Under the pieces are notes generated by a model. That model ran no database searches. It had not been told where the DNA came from and saw only the letters and a program-made list of their open reading frames with translations. 64,000 nt of DNA from an uncultured Armatimonadetes bacterium (GTDB lineage Bacteria > Armatimonadota > Hebobacteria > Hebobacterales > Hebobacteraceae): NCBI GenBank assembly GCA_963716175.1, contig OY970296.1:1088001-1152000 (forward strand). The letters run 5' to 3'. Every line of letters begins with the position of its first letter. Position 1 is the stretch's first letter. A program made the translations under genes and the position numbers. Positions 9,815-20,987 of this stretch are shown in pieces.

Positions 9815-11218
9815 ATGAAGCTGATCTGGCGCCACCGAAAAGCGCTTACCATTGGCTTGGGCCTGGGCCTGATGGTGGCCTTCATCGCCTGGGTGGTTTA
9901 CCTTGACGGAGGCACCCAGGGCAGCTTCATCCACTTCTTCTACATCCCCATCGTGCTCGCCAGCTACCTGCTGGGTGACCTGGGCGGCATCGTCACCGCG
10001 TTCGCGGCTGCCCTGCTCGCCGCCTTCCTGCCGCTGAACGTGATCGAGAACACTCCTCAGCCCCTCAAGGACATCGTGATCCGCGGCATACTCTTCTACT
10101 TCATCGGGCTGCTCACCGCTCACCTCTTCGCCAAGCTCCAGGAACGCCAGGAGGACGCCGCCAGCCTGCTGGAGGTCTCCCGCGCGGTGAACGCCTCTCT
10201 CCGCCCCACCCAGGTGCTGCGCACCATTACCGAGACCGCAGTCCATATCACCGCCGCCAAGGCCTGCTCCATCCGGCTGCTGAGCCGGGCGAGAGACGAA
10301 CTCACCCCGGCCGCCAGCTATGGGCTCAGCCTCGATTACCTGGCCAAAGGCCCGCTGCGGATGGCCGAGAGCGCGCTGGATCGGGAGGTGCTGGCCGGCC
10401 GCACCATCAGCGTCCTGGACATCCGCCGGGACCCGCGCGTTCGCTACCGGGAGGAGGCCAGCGCCGAGGGCCTGGTGTCCGTGCTGTGCCTGCCCCTGCG
10501 GCGCGGGGAAGAGGTGTTCGGTGTGCTGCGGGTCTACTCCGGGGCCCGCCACCTCTGGTCGCCCCGCGAGCGCAAGTTGCTGCAGGCCTTCGCCGAGCAG
10601 GCCACCGTGGCTCTGGATCACGCCAAGCTGCACGAGGACCTGCGGCGCAACTACTGGGAGACGGTCAACGCCCTTTCCCGCGCCATCGAGGCCAAAGACC
10701 CCTACACCATGGGGCACTCCGAGCGGGTCACCGACTACGCGCTGATACTGGGCCGGGCGCTGGAGTTGAGCGGCGAGCAGATGGAGACCCTGCGCTTCGC
10801 CGCCACTCTCCACGACATCGGCAAGATCGGCCTCACTGACGAATCCCTGGCGCGGTCCGGCCACCTGGACATGAGCGACGAAATCCTGGTCAGGATGCAT
10901 CCCCTCATTGGCATCAGCATCCTCCAGCCCGTCGAGTTCCTGGCCCCCGCCCTCAATGCCGTCCGCTATCACCATGAGCGCTGGGATGGAAGAGGCTATC
11001 CGGAAGGGCTGGCGGGTGAAGATATCCCCCTCCTCGCCCGGGTGATAGCCGTGGCTAACCTCTACGACCGCCTCCAGACCGGCTCCCCGGGCCGGCCCGG
11101 CTACTCCCCGCGGGAGGCCGCGAGGGAGCTGGCACGCCTCGCCGGCACCGCCCTCGACCCCAAGCTCATCGAAGTCTTCCTGCGCGCGGTCGGAGCCGGT
11201 GCTCCCCAGGCGCGCTGA
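9815..11218 (+). CDS. Membrane-anchored GAF + HD-GYP domain protein
   Basis: About four N-terminal TM helices, GAF domain, AKDPYTMGHSERV, LHDIGKI, HHERWDGRGYP. Confidence 0.9.
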   Translation: MKLIWRHRKALTIGLGLGLMVAFIAWVVYLDGGTQGSFIHFFYIPIVLASYLLGDLGGIVTAFAAALLAAFLPLNVIENTPQPLKDIVIRGILFYFIGLLTAHLFAKLQERQEDAASLLEVSRAVNASLRPTQVLRTITETAVHITAAKACSIRLLSRARDELTPAASYGLSLDYLAKGPLRMAESALDREVLAGRTISVLDIRRDPRVRYREEASAEGLVSVLCLPLRRGEEVFGVLRVYSGARHLWSPRERKLLQAFAEQATVALDHAKLHEDLRRNYWETVNALSRAIEAKDPYTMGHSERVTDYALILGRALELSGEQMETLRFAATLHDIGKIGLTDESLARSGHLDMSDEILVRMHPLIGISILQPVEFLAPALNAVRYHHERWDGRGYPEGLAGEDIPLLARVIAVANLYDRLQTGSPGRPGYSPREAARELARLAGTALDPKLIEVFLRAVGAGAPQAR

Positions 11219-11230
11219 ACCACGGCCGCC

Positions 11231-11494
11231 TTACTCCGGTTTGGCCTCCCCTTTTGCGTCGCCGGCACTGGTGGCGGCTGCTGCCGCTTCCTCCCCCGCC
11301 CGCTTCTTCTCCTCCGGCTTCCGATAGTCCGTGCTGTAGAAACCCGACCCCTTGAAGATGATCCCTACCGCCCCGAACACTTTCCTCGCCCGTTCCCCGC
11401 ACTTCGGGCAATGGGCCAGCGACCGGTCGGTCATTTTTCGCGACTCCTCAAAACGATGCTTGCAGCCTGTACAGGCGTACTCGTAGACTGGCAT
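11231..11494 (-). CDS. FmdB family zinc-ribbon protein
   Basis: MPVYEYxCxxC...CPKCG...IIFKGSGFYSTDY. Confidence 0.92.
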   Translation of the reverse strand: MPVYEYACTGCKHRFEESRKMTDRSLAHCPKCGERARKVFGAVGIIFKGSGFYSTDYRKPEEKKRAGEEAAAAATSAGDAKGEAKPE

Positions 11495-11519
11495 GACGCT
11501 CTCCCCGCTTGCGGCGGGT

Positions 11520-12563
11520 CTAGACCTCCTTTATGGTAAGTCCTTGCCGCGCGATCTTGAACGGCATCACGGTTGCCCCCGCCTCCGCCAGCGCCGACTC
11601 CACTGCGGCTCGCTTCTCCCGAGGCGCCGCTGTGATCATGCACCCGCCACCCCCGGCCCCGCAGATCTTGGAGGCCTGCGCCCCGGCCTCTCTCGCCAGC
11701 TCAACCATGCGGTCTATCGCCGGGGTAGTCACCCCTTCCGTCAGCTGCTTGCGGGACTGCCACTCTTCGTCCAGCAGTTGCACGAAGCGATCCAGTTCGA
11801 AGGCCAGCAGCGCCTCCCGCATCTCCGCCGCCGTCCTCTGGACGATCCGCATGCTCTCGCGGGAGTTGCCCGTGTCATCCATGAAACGCTTCAGCATGTT
11901 CCAGTTGTTGGTGGCCGAGAAATGCGACCGGCCCGTGAAGCTGAGGATGATCCGCGACTCCAGCTCCAGAAGCTGCTGCTCCTCCTCGATCAACTGCTCC
12001 TGATGCCATCCCGCGACATGGAAATGGAAGCTGTTCACTCCCCCGTAAAGGGCGGCCAGATAGTCCTGCTTTCCGGTGGGAATCCCGATAGACTGGGCTT
12101 CCAGATTCGCCCCGATATCCACGAATAGCTTCGGGTCCATCTGCGACCGGTTCGCCCGATCCAGCGCCCCACTCAAGGCGATCAGCAGGGAGGAAGAGCC
12201 TCCCAGGCCGGAGCCGTAAGGAGTGGCATTGTGCGTGGTGACATCCACCCCGGTCTTCGGGGCATAGAACCTCACCACCCGCGCCACGAAGGCCAGCTCC
12301 TTGTCCAGCGGCAGCTCGTCCGCCGAGGGCGCCCACAGCTCCTGGCCGGTGTCAATGGACTTGAGGCGGACCTGGGAGTCGTGCCGGGTCTCGACACGGA
12401 CGTTGCTGTAGATATCAATGGCGGCGTTATTGGTGACCCCGCCCTCCAGGAAAAGGTAGAGCGGGTACAGGTCCAGCGTGCCCCCCGAGAGGTCTATCCG
12501 GGTGGGCGTCCTCGCCTCGACTACCATCAGCTCGTCCCTTGCTTGAAAGACGGAGTCCGCCAA
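11520..12563 (-). CDS. GHMP kinase, HddA-like (heptose-7-phosphate kinase family)
   Basis: PTRIDLSGGTLD, PYGSGLGGSSS, TGKQD, KICGAGGGG; start could be 12527. Confidence 0.85.
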   Translation of the reverse strand: MADSVFQARDELMVVEARTPTRIDLSGGTLDLYPLYLFLEGGVTNNAAIDIYSNVRVETRHDSQVRLKSIDTGQELWAPSADELPLDKELAFVARVVRFYAPKTGVDVTTHNATPYGSGLGGSSSLLIALSGALDRANRSQMDPKLFVDIGANLEAQSIGIPTGKQDYLAALYGGVNSFHFHVAGWHQEQLIEEEQQLLELESRIILSFTGRSHFSATNNWNMLKRFMDDTGNSRESMRIVQRTAAEMREALLAFELDRFVQLLDEEWQSRKQLTEGVTTPAIDRMVELAREAGAQASKICGAGGGGCMITAAPREKRAAVESALAEAGATVMPFKIARQGLTIKEV

Positions 12564-12615
12564 ACCCTGCCAAGCTTCGTGCCGGCGAACCTGGCGGGGG
12601 CGGACGCCTGGACAG

Positions 12616-12645
12616 AGTATAGCCTTCCTCCTGTGCCTGCGTCAA
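12616..12645 (-). promoter_or_regulatory. Sigma70-type promoter for the GHMP kinase-FmdB genes
   Basis: Minus strand TTGACG-N18-TATACT. Confidence 0.55.
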
Positions 12646-12855
12646 GCTCATCCCGCATGCGGCCTTGACCCCTGCGCGGCCCAACTGGGCCGCGTTTAGC
12701 TAGAGCATACTCCTCTATGGGCCCCCTCCTGGTGCCCACCGATCACCTGCACCGGGCTGGCGGAGGTCCCGGAGGACATCCACCAGTCTCCTGAGGCCTC
12801 GGCAAGGGGAATATGAGATTAGCGAATGCTAGAATAGGAAATCTTCAAATTGCCC

Positions 12856-12884
12856 TTGACATCTGCTCTGTTTCCTGCTACTTT
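12856..12884 (+). promoter_or_regulatory. Sigma70-type promoter for the DUF2089 operon
   Basis: TTGACA-N17-TACTTT with extended -10 TG. Confidence 0.55.
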
Positions 12885-12906
12885 ACTCACTGAGAGATGG
12901 ATTATT

Positions 12907-13299
12907 ATGCATGAACGCATCACTCGCTGTCCCAACTGCCGACAGCCTCTCCAGGTCACCGAGCTGACCTGCCCAAGCTGTCGGCTCCAGGTCCGAGGCG
13001 AGTTCGAGCGCGGCTGCCGTTTCTGCGCCCTCGACCCGGACCAGCGCCATCTGCTCGACGTGTTCCTGGGCTGCCGGGGCGTCTTGCGTGAGATGGAGAA
13101 GGTCCTCGGTCTGTCCTACCCTACGGTTCGCAGCCGTGTAGACGCGCTGCTTGCCGCCCTGGGCTACGCGCCCATCAGAGCCGAGGCTGAGGGCAGAGAG
13201 GATCAGGCCTCGCGCCGCCAGGACATCCTCGACCGCCTGGAGGCCGGCGAGGTAACCGCCGAGGATGCTGCCATACAACTCAAGGAGCTCGGGGGCTAG
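12907..13299 (+). CDS. DUF2089 family protein (Zn ribbon, HTH, SHOCT-like tail)
   Basis: CPNC...CPSC, MEKVLGLSYPTVRSR, ILDRLEAGEVTAEDA. Confidence 0.9.
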   Translation: MHERITRCPNCRQPLQVTELTCPSCRLQVRGEFERGCRFCALDPDQRHLLDVFLGCRGVLREMEKVLGLSYPTVRSRVDALLAALGYAPIRAEAEGREDQASRRQDILDRLEAGEVTAEDAAIQLKELGG

Positions 13300-13350
13300 C
13301 CAGCCCCCGGCCAGCATGGGTCTGGCCAAGGAGCCCAACGGAGGCAAAGC

Positions 13351-14964
13351 ATGGATGCCGAGCGCATGAGGATTCTGGAGATGCTGCAGCAGGGCCGGAT
13401 CACGGCCGAGCAGGCCAACCGGCTGCTGCAGGCCGTGGAGGCGAGCCACCGCACCGAGCCCCCGACCGGCCAGGGATCGGGGCAGGAGCCGGCGGCCGCC
13501 TCGGCCGCAGACTGGAGAGGCTTCGGCCGAGAGCTGTCCGAGCGCATTTCCGGCCGGGTGAGGGAGGCTCTCAGCAAGCGGATCGTGGGCCGCACCCTCA
13601 CCGATCTGCGGGTGGGAGGCAAGGGGGAGATGCAGAACTTCACCCGCGTCAGGATCACCCGCAGTTACCTTTCCCGCCTCGAGGACGGCACTGTCTTCCA
13701 CAACTTCGGAGAGGCCGTGATCGCCGACGATGTCCCCGAGGACCTGCTCCACCGCAAGATCGGCGCCTACCACAACTTCGGCCGCACCGTCGGCCCTGCC
13801 CCCCTCCTGCGTCTGCTGGAGGATCGCGGCTCGAACTTCGGCTCCTTCGAGCAGCCCGGCGAGGAGGCCGAAGAGGAGCACGATGAGGAATCGGCCGAGG
13901 AGGCAACTGCCGCCGCCGCGCCTGCGCGACAGATGCACGAAGCCGTCTTGGCCTCGGAGACCACCGAGGACGGATGGGAGAAGCTGGTTGTCCGGTGTCA
14001 CGCCGGGCACCTCGACTTCCGAGGCGTCGAGGGCGACGCCTTCCGCCTGGTCGCATGCAGGCCCGGTAAGCGCGGCCAAAGCCCACCCCCCGGCTGGGAG
14101 CAGAAGCTCCCCTGGTCGCAGGAGCAGCAGCATTCGGAGCGCTGCTTCGTCTTGGGCGACCCGCATGACCCGTCGGCCACCGCCGATCTCACCTTCCGGT
14201 TCGAGATCCCGGCCGAAGCCGCCATCACCGCCGAGACTGGGGGCGGCGACATTGCCGCGCACTCCCTGGCCGGTGAGCTCGACCTGAGAACTGGCGGCGG
14301 GCAGATCTCCTGCACGGACATCGAAGGCGATGTCAAGGTGGATAGTGGCGGCGGCGACCTCTCACTCGCCGACATCCAGGGGACGGTCAAGGCGACGACT
14401 GGTGGCGGCAGCATCTCCTGCCGCGACCTGGAAGGAGACGTCACCGCCGAGTCGGGTGGCGGCAACCTCGCGTTCCGCGACATCCAGGGCGCGGTCGCGG
14501 GCACCACCGGCGGGGGACAGATCGAGGTCGGAGACGTCGAGGGCGACGTGACTGTGGAAACCGGCGGCGGCGACCTGGCGCTCAGCGACATCCAGGGCTC
14601 GGTCCGCGGCAAGACTGGTGGGGGCAGCATCCGCGCCACCGACCTGGCAGAGGATGTCGAACTGGAGACGGGTGGCGGAGACATCAGCTGCAGCGACATC
14701 GCAGGCTCGCTTTCCGCCAATACCGGCAGCGGAAAGGTGCGCGTCGCTGACATCGCGGGTGATGTTGCCATAGAGAACGGCGGAGGCGACATCGTGTGCA
14801 GCGATGTTGCCGGCTCGGTCAATGCGACCACCGGCAGCGGCGACATCAAGGTCAGCGATATCGCGGGCGACGCCGAGCTGGAGACCGGCTCAGGCGATAT
14901 CGCCATGAGGGATGTCCAGGGGGAGGCCAATGCCACCACCAGACACGGCCGGGTGACGAGGTGA
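13351..14964 (+). CDS. SHOCT-like + DUF4097 (toastrack) beta-solenoid protein
   Basis: ERMRILEMLQQGRITAEQA N-terminus; about twelve 19-aa repeats of type TGGGDI...DIxGDV. Confidence 0.85.
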   Translation: MDAERMRILEMLQQGRITAEQANRLLQAVEASHRTEPPTGQGSGQEPAAASAADWRGFGRELSERISGRVREALSKRIVGRTLTDLRVGGKGEMQNFTRVRITRSYLSRLEDGTVFHNFGEAVIADDVPEDLLHRKIGAYHNFGRTVGPAPLLRLLEDRGSNFGSFEQPGEEAEEEHDEESAEEATAAAAPARQMHEAVLASETTEDGWEKLVVRCHAGHLDFRGVEGDAFRLVACRPGKRGQSPPPGWEQKLPWSQEQQHSERCFVLGDPHDPSATADLTFRFEIPAEAAITAETGGGDIAAHSLAGELDLRTGGGQISCTDIEGDVKVDSGGGDLSLADIQGTVKATTGGGSISCRDLEGDVTAESGGGNLAFRDIQGAVAGTTGGGQIEVGDVEGDVTVETGGGDLALSDIQGSVRGKTGGGSIRATDLAEDVELETGGGDISCSDIAGSLSANTGSGKVRVADIAGDVAIENGGGDIVCSDVAGSVNATTGSGDIKVSDIAGDAELETGSGDIAMRDVQGEANATTRHGRVTR

Positions 14965-15065
14965 CCGCGATGCGACGCCATTGGCCCTGGAGGCGAAAGG
15001 AACGTGACACCGCGGCGCGCCCCACGGCGGGCGCGCGTGATCCCGCAACCGAGGAGGAGCCCACT

Positions 15066-15503
15066 ATGACTGATGAGCCCAAGGAGCCGAGAGAGCCTAA
15101 GGAACCCAAGGAGCCTCAGGAGCCCAGAGACCAGGCCGAGCAGCCGGAGAGCGAGCAAATGCGCATCCTGCGCCTGATCCAGGAGGGCAAGGTCACACCG
15201 GAAGAGGGCGTCAGGCTGCTGGAGGCCCTGGGCCGCGCGGCAGGCGCGGTCGCGGCGCGGGCAAGGCCGACCCGGAAGAGGTGGCTCCGTATCCACGTTG
15301 CCGAGCGCGGCGGAGACCAGGTAAACCTGCGCCTCCCACTCGGCCTCGTCCATCTGGTGACCAGATTCCTGCCCAGAGGCCTCACGGTGGGCGACCAGAG
15401 GTTCTCCATTGAGGAGCTCACCACCCTGATCGAGAGCGGAGAGGAAGAGATCGTTAACGTGGCCAGCAAGAACGGCGACCGGGTCGTGATCCGGGTGGAG
15501 TAA
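15066..15503 (+). CDS. YvlB/LiaX-like SHOCT-domain protein
   Basis: SD gaggaggag; EPK/EPR tandem repeats; RILRLIQEGKVTPEEGVRLLEAL; VNLRLPL. Confidence 0.8.
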   Translation: MTDEPKEPREPKEPKEPQEPRDQAEQPESEQMRILRLIQEGKVTPEEGVRLLEALGRAAGAVAARARPTRKRWLRIHVAERGGDQVNLRLPLGLVHLVTRFLPRGLTVGDQRFSIEELTTLIESGEEEIVNVASKNGDRVVIRVE

Positions 15504-15631
15504 CCCACCGGACGGGAAGGGGCTTCGCCCCTTACGCGGGTGTCCTCTCGCTTCGTTCGTGGCAAACCCACGCCACTGCTAGGCCGGCCGTTCTCGAGGC
15601 AGACGAACGGCGGTTAGCGCCCAAATGCTTC

Positions 15632-15667
15632 TCCTTCTGGCGGGCATCGTGATGCCCGCCAGAAGGA
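15632..15667. terminator. Perfect 17-bp inverted repeat after the DUF2089 operon
   Basis: tccttctggcgggcatc-gt-gatgcccgccagaagga. Confidence 0.55.
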
Positions 15668-15755
15668 TTCTTGCTCTCATCTCTCTTCATCTGCGTCCAT
15701 CGGCGGCCAAAGGCCTGCTCGCCACGAGTAGACTCCTGCCAGCATCACGATCTGC

Positions 15756-15848
15756 TTGACACGCTTCCTCCGGCCATGCTATCATAAATGGGCCGGTGAA
15801 AGCCGCCCGCTAGTCCTCAGGACCTGAGCGGGCGTTCGCTTTTTGTTG
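15756..15848 (+). promoter_or_regulatory. Promoter and terminator-containing leader of the HAD-thiD-pyrG operon
   Basis: TTGACA-N18-TATCAT (extended -10), then GGGC, hairpin cgcccgct/agcgggcg and a T tract. Confidence 0.55.
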
Positions 15849-15865
15849 ACCCGCCCCACCAATTG

Positions 15866-16729
15866 ATGAGCACGGACCCAGCGCGCATAAGAGTAATCAT
15901 CCTCGACCTCGACGGAGTCATTTATCGCGGCCATACGCCCCTCCCCGGCGCTCAGCAAACTACCGAATGGCTCCGCCGGCACGGCTACCTCACCTACTTC
16001 TTCACCAACAACTCCACCCGCACCCGGGAAAGCTATATCGAGCTGCTGGCCGGCTTCGGCATTCCCGCCGACCGCGAGCAGATCGTCACCTCCGCCTCCC
16101 TCACCGTTCGCTACTTCCACGATCTCGGACTGCTGAGTGAGCCCAAGCGCCGGCCCACCGTGCTCGTGGTAGGAGAGGGCGGGCTCGCCTCCGAGCTGCG
16201 CCAGGCCGGGTTGAGGGTCGTGCGCAGGCCCAGGGCCAGGCCCATTGACTATGTGGTGGTGGGAATGGATCGGCGCTTCACCTACCGCAAGCTCTATGAA
16301 GCGCAGCAAGTCGTGCGCGCCGGGGCCAGGCTCATCGCCACCAATCGCGACGCCACCTACCCGGTGGAGAATGGCAACGTCATCCCCGGGGGGGGCAGCA
16401 TCGTGGCGGCCGTCGCCACTGCTGCCGAGCAAGAGCCCCTGCTGATTGGCAAGCCCTCGGCGCGGGCCGGAGAGCTCATCTTGAGCCACGCCGGCGCCCG
16501 GCCCCAGGAAGCGCTGATGGTAGGAGATCGGCTGGAGACCGATATCGAGATGGGCCGCCGGGCCGGGATGTGGACCTGCCTGGTGCTGACCGGGATCAGC
16601 CAGGCCGATGAGGTGAAGCCACTGCCGCTAGAGAGCCGGCCCCACTGGGTGATCCCCGACATCGGCCACTTGCCAGCAATGTTGGGCAGGAGCTTGCCTC
16701 CTGCCCCAAAGGAGCCAGGCGCCTCATGA
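15866..16729 (+). CDS. HAD-IIA hydrolase (NagD-like)
   Basis: DLDGVIY, FFTNNS, IATNRD, IGKP, MVGDRLETDI. Confidence 0.92.
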   Translation: MSTDPARIRVIILDLDGVIYRGHTPLPGAQQTTEWLRRHGYLTYFFTNNSTRTRESYIELLAGFGIPADREQIVTSASLTVRYFHDLGLLSEPKRRPTVLVVGEGGLASELRQAGLRVVRRPRARPIDYVVVGMDRRFTYRKLYEAQQVVRAGARLIATNRDATYPVENGNVIPGGGSIVAAVATAAEQEPLLIGKPSARAGELILSHAGARPQEALMVGDRLETDIEMGRRAGMWTCLVLTGISQADEVKPLPLESRPHWVIPDIGHLPAMLGRSLPPAPKEPGAS

Positions 16730-17552
16730 GCCCCGCTCTCCCGGTCGCCCTGACCATCGCCGGCTCCGACTCCAGCGGCGGCGCCGGCATCGAGATGGAT
16801 CTGAAAGTCTTCTCCGCCCTCGGGGTCTACGGCGCCTGCGCCATCACCGCGGTCACGGCCCAGAATAGCAGAGAGGTACGCGCCTCCTGGGAGATTCCCG
16901 CGGCCGCAGTCACCGCTCAGCTCGAGGCCGTGCTGGACGACCTGCGGGTGGCAGCGGTGAAGACAGGGATGCTCTCCTCGGAAGAGATCGTGCGCGCGGT
17001 GACTGCGGCCTTCAGCGAGCACAGACTCAGCTATCCCACCCCTCCCCTGATCGTGGACCCCGTCATCAGCGCGAAAGATGGCACTCGCCTGCTATCTGAT
17101 GGTGGGCTTGCAGCCCTGCGGGAGGAACTGCTGCCCCTCGCCACGCTGGTCACACCTAACTTCCCGGAGGCCGCAGCCTTGTCCGGTTTGCGCGTCGCAG
17201 GTGAGGAGGAGGCCTGGCGGGCGGCGGAGAAGCTGCGAGCTTTGGGGTGTGAATGGGTGCTGGTCAAGGGCGGACATCTGGAAGGCCAGGCCGCCACCGA
17301 TCTCCTCCTGGGCCCGGGCCGGGCGGAGACCCTTTCCTCACCCCGGCTTCCCGGCGGCCCCTTCCACGGCACCGGCTGCGCGCTATCGGCGGCCATCACC
17401 GCTCACCTCGCGCGCGGCCTCTCCCTACCTGAGGCGGTGCAGGCCGGCCGCGCCTTTCTCCAGCAGTTACTGCAAACGGCCCAGTCCCTTGGGAAGGGCA
17501 GTCTCCTGCTTCATCCCAGCGCTGGGCCAGTCAAGCCAGAGGGAAAGCGATC

Positions 17553-17556
<4 letters not shown>
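16726..17556 (+). CDS. thiD: Hydroxymethylpyrimidine/phosphomethylpyrimidine kinase
   Basis: LTIAGSDSSGGAGI, VTAQN, VKTGML, TPNxPEA, VKGGH, HGTGC. Confidence 0.95.
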
Positions 17557-19151
<1,595 letters not shown>

Positions 19152-19154
19152 CGG

Positions 19155-20567
19155 TTGCTGACACGCCTGGGGGTGCTAACCATGGGACTCATCCTTGCGG
19201 CGATCAGCGGGGGCGGCGCCGGACCGGCGAAGGGCCCGCTGCGAGTCTGCTCAGACAACCCTCGCTACTTCACCGATGGCTCCGGCAAGGCCATCTACCT
19301 CACCGGGGCCCATACCTGGAGCAACCTCAAGGACATGGGGCCCACCGATCCGCCGGCTGAGTTCGACTTCAATGCCTATCTGGACTTCCTGGTCCAGCGT
19401 CACCACAACTTCATCCGGCTCTGGACCTGGGAGCTGTCCCGCTATGGCGACGGGGAAACCGAAACCGCCCTTTACGCCTCACCTTTTCCCTGGCCCCGCA
19501 CCGGGCCAGGGCAGGCCCTCGATGGCAAGCCCAGGTTCGACCTGAGCCGCTTCGACCAGGCCTACTTCGATCGGCTGCGGTCCCGCGTCATGGCCGCCGG
19601 CGAGCGCGGGATCTATGTCTCCGTCATGCTCTTCGAGGGCTGGGGCCTTCAGTTCTGCACCCCGCCCTGGCACTGGCAAGGTCATCCCTTTCACCCAGAC
19701 AACAACATCAATGGCATTGACGGCGACCCCGATGGCGATGGCAAGGGGCTGCAGCTGGATACCCTCGACCTCCCCGCCATCACCCGCCTCCAGGAGGCCT
19801 ATGTCAGGAAGGCCGTGGACACGGTCAACGACCTCGACAACGTGCTCTACGAGATCTCCAACGAGGCCGGCCCCTACTCCACGGAATGGCAGTATCACAT
19901 CATCCAATCCGTCAAGCAGTACGAAGCGACGAAGCCGAAGCTGCACCCGGTGGGCATGACCTTCCAGTACCAGGGCGGAACCAACCAGGCGCTCTTCGAT
20001 AGCCCGGCCGATTGGATCTCGCCCAACCCGGAGGCGCCCGACGGGTGCAGCTATCAGGACAACCCGCCCCCGGCCGATGGCCGCAAGGTCATCCTCTCAG
20101 ACACCGACCATCTCTGGGGCATCGGCGGCAGCCAGGCCTGGGTGTGGAAGAGCTTCTGCCGGGGCCTCAACCCCCTGTTCATGGACCCCTACCTGCACGA
20201 TACCTTCTACCGGCACTACACGGGCAAGCTGGATCCCAAGTGGGACCCGATCCGCAACAGCCTGGGCTATGCTCGCCGCTTCGCGGAGCGCATGGGCTTG
20301 GCCAACACCAGGCCGGCCGGCGAGCTGGCCTCCACCGGCTACTGCCTCGCCCATCCGGGACAGCAGTACGTGGTCTACCTGCCGGAGGGCGGCTCTGTCA
20401 GTGTGGACCTATCAGCGACTTCTGGCCCCTTCATGGTCGAGTGGTTCAACCCCACGACCGGGGAGAGCACCCCCGGCCCACCGGTGGACGGAGGCCAGAA
20501 GCTCGCGTTCACCGCCCCGTTTGCTGAGGGCGCGATCCTTTACCTCAGTCGTCCTGAGGCGCAGTAG
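19155..20567 (+). CDS. Secreted GH5-like/apiosidase-like TIM-barrel protein with C-terminal putative collagen-binding domain
   Basis: Signal peptide; NPRYF, YEISNE, DTDH; C-terminal VYLPxGG...VEWFNPxTG. Confidence 0.7.
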   Translation: MLTRLGVLTMGLILAAISGGGAGPAKGPLRVCSDNPRYFTDGSGKAIYLTGAHTWSNLKDMGPTDPPAEFDFNAYLDFLVQRHHNFIRLWTWELSRYGDGETETALYASPFPWPRTGPGQALDGKPRFDLSRFDQAYFDRLRSRVMAAGERGIYVSVMLFEGWGLQFCTPPWHWQGHPFHPDNNINGIDGDPDGDGKGLQLDTLDLPAITRLQEAYVRKAVDTVNDLDNVLYEISNEAGPYSTEWQYHIIQSVKQYEATKPKLHPVGMTFQYQGGTNQALFDSPADWISPNPEAPDGCSYQDNPPPADGRKVILSDTDHLWGIGGSQAWVWKSFCRGLNPLFMDPYLHDTFYRHYTGKLDPKWDPIRNSLGYARRFAERMGLANTRPAGELASTGYCLAHPGQQYVVYLPEGGSVSVDLSATSGPFMVEWFNPTTGESTPGPPVDGGQKLAFTAPFAEGAILYLSRPEAQ

Positions 20568-20677
20568 GACGGGCCTGCCCTGAGCGAGGCCGAAAGGGGT
20601 GACCTACGGGTGGTGTCGTGCGAAGCACGACCTAATCGGTGCAATCTGCGTGATCTGCGGATAACGCGGTTCCCTGG

Positions 20678-20905
20678 TCAGACCACCGCCTCCACCGCCT
20701 TCAGCTCCGGCACCGCATTCTTGAGCACCCGCTCGATTCCCATTTGCAGGGTGAACTGCGCCATGGGACAGCCGTGGCAGGCGCCGGTCAGGCGCACTTT
20801 GGCGACCCCCTCGTCGGTGACCTCGACCAGCTCCACATCGCCGCCATCTTGCTGCAAGGCAGGCCGGATATCAGCCAGCGCCGCCTCGACTTTCTCTTTC
20901 ATCAA
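20678..20905 (-). CDS. NifU/Nfu C-terminal domain Fe-S carrier
   Basis: IRPALQQDGGDVELV...LTGACHGCP. Confidence 0.93.
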   Translation of the reverse strand: MMKEKVEAALADIRPALQQDGGDVELVEVTDEGVAKVRLTGACHGCPMAQFTLQMGIERVLKNAVPELKAVEAVV

Positions 20906-20987
20906 CCATCTCCCGTTCCCGCGGCCGCCTCCCGGCCGCCGTCCACCATCAGTTTACCCACGCCGGCGCGAATCCTGTCCCCCTGGC

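Noticed and set aside
14230-14945. 57-nt periodic repeats resembling an array
   Set aside because: These are coding DUF4097 beta-solenoid repeats, degenerate at DNA level, with no spacer structure
12907-15503. DUF2089/DUF4097/SHOCT operon as a novel system
   Set aside because: Matches the described Psp/Lia-associated toastrack envelope-stress gene neighbourhoods
15720-16726. TPP riboswitch upstream of thiD
   Set aside because: The conserved TPP aptamer elements are not present
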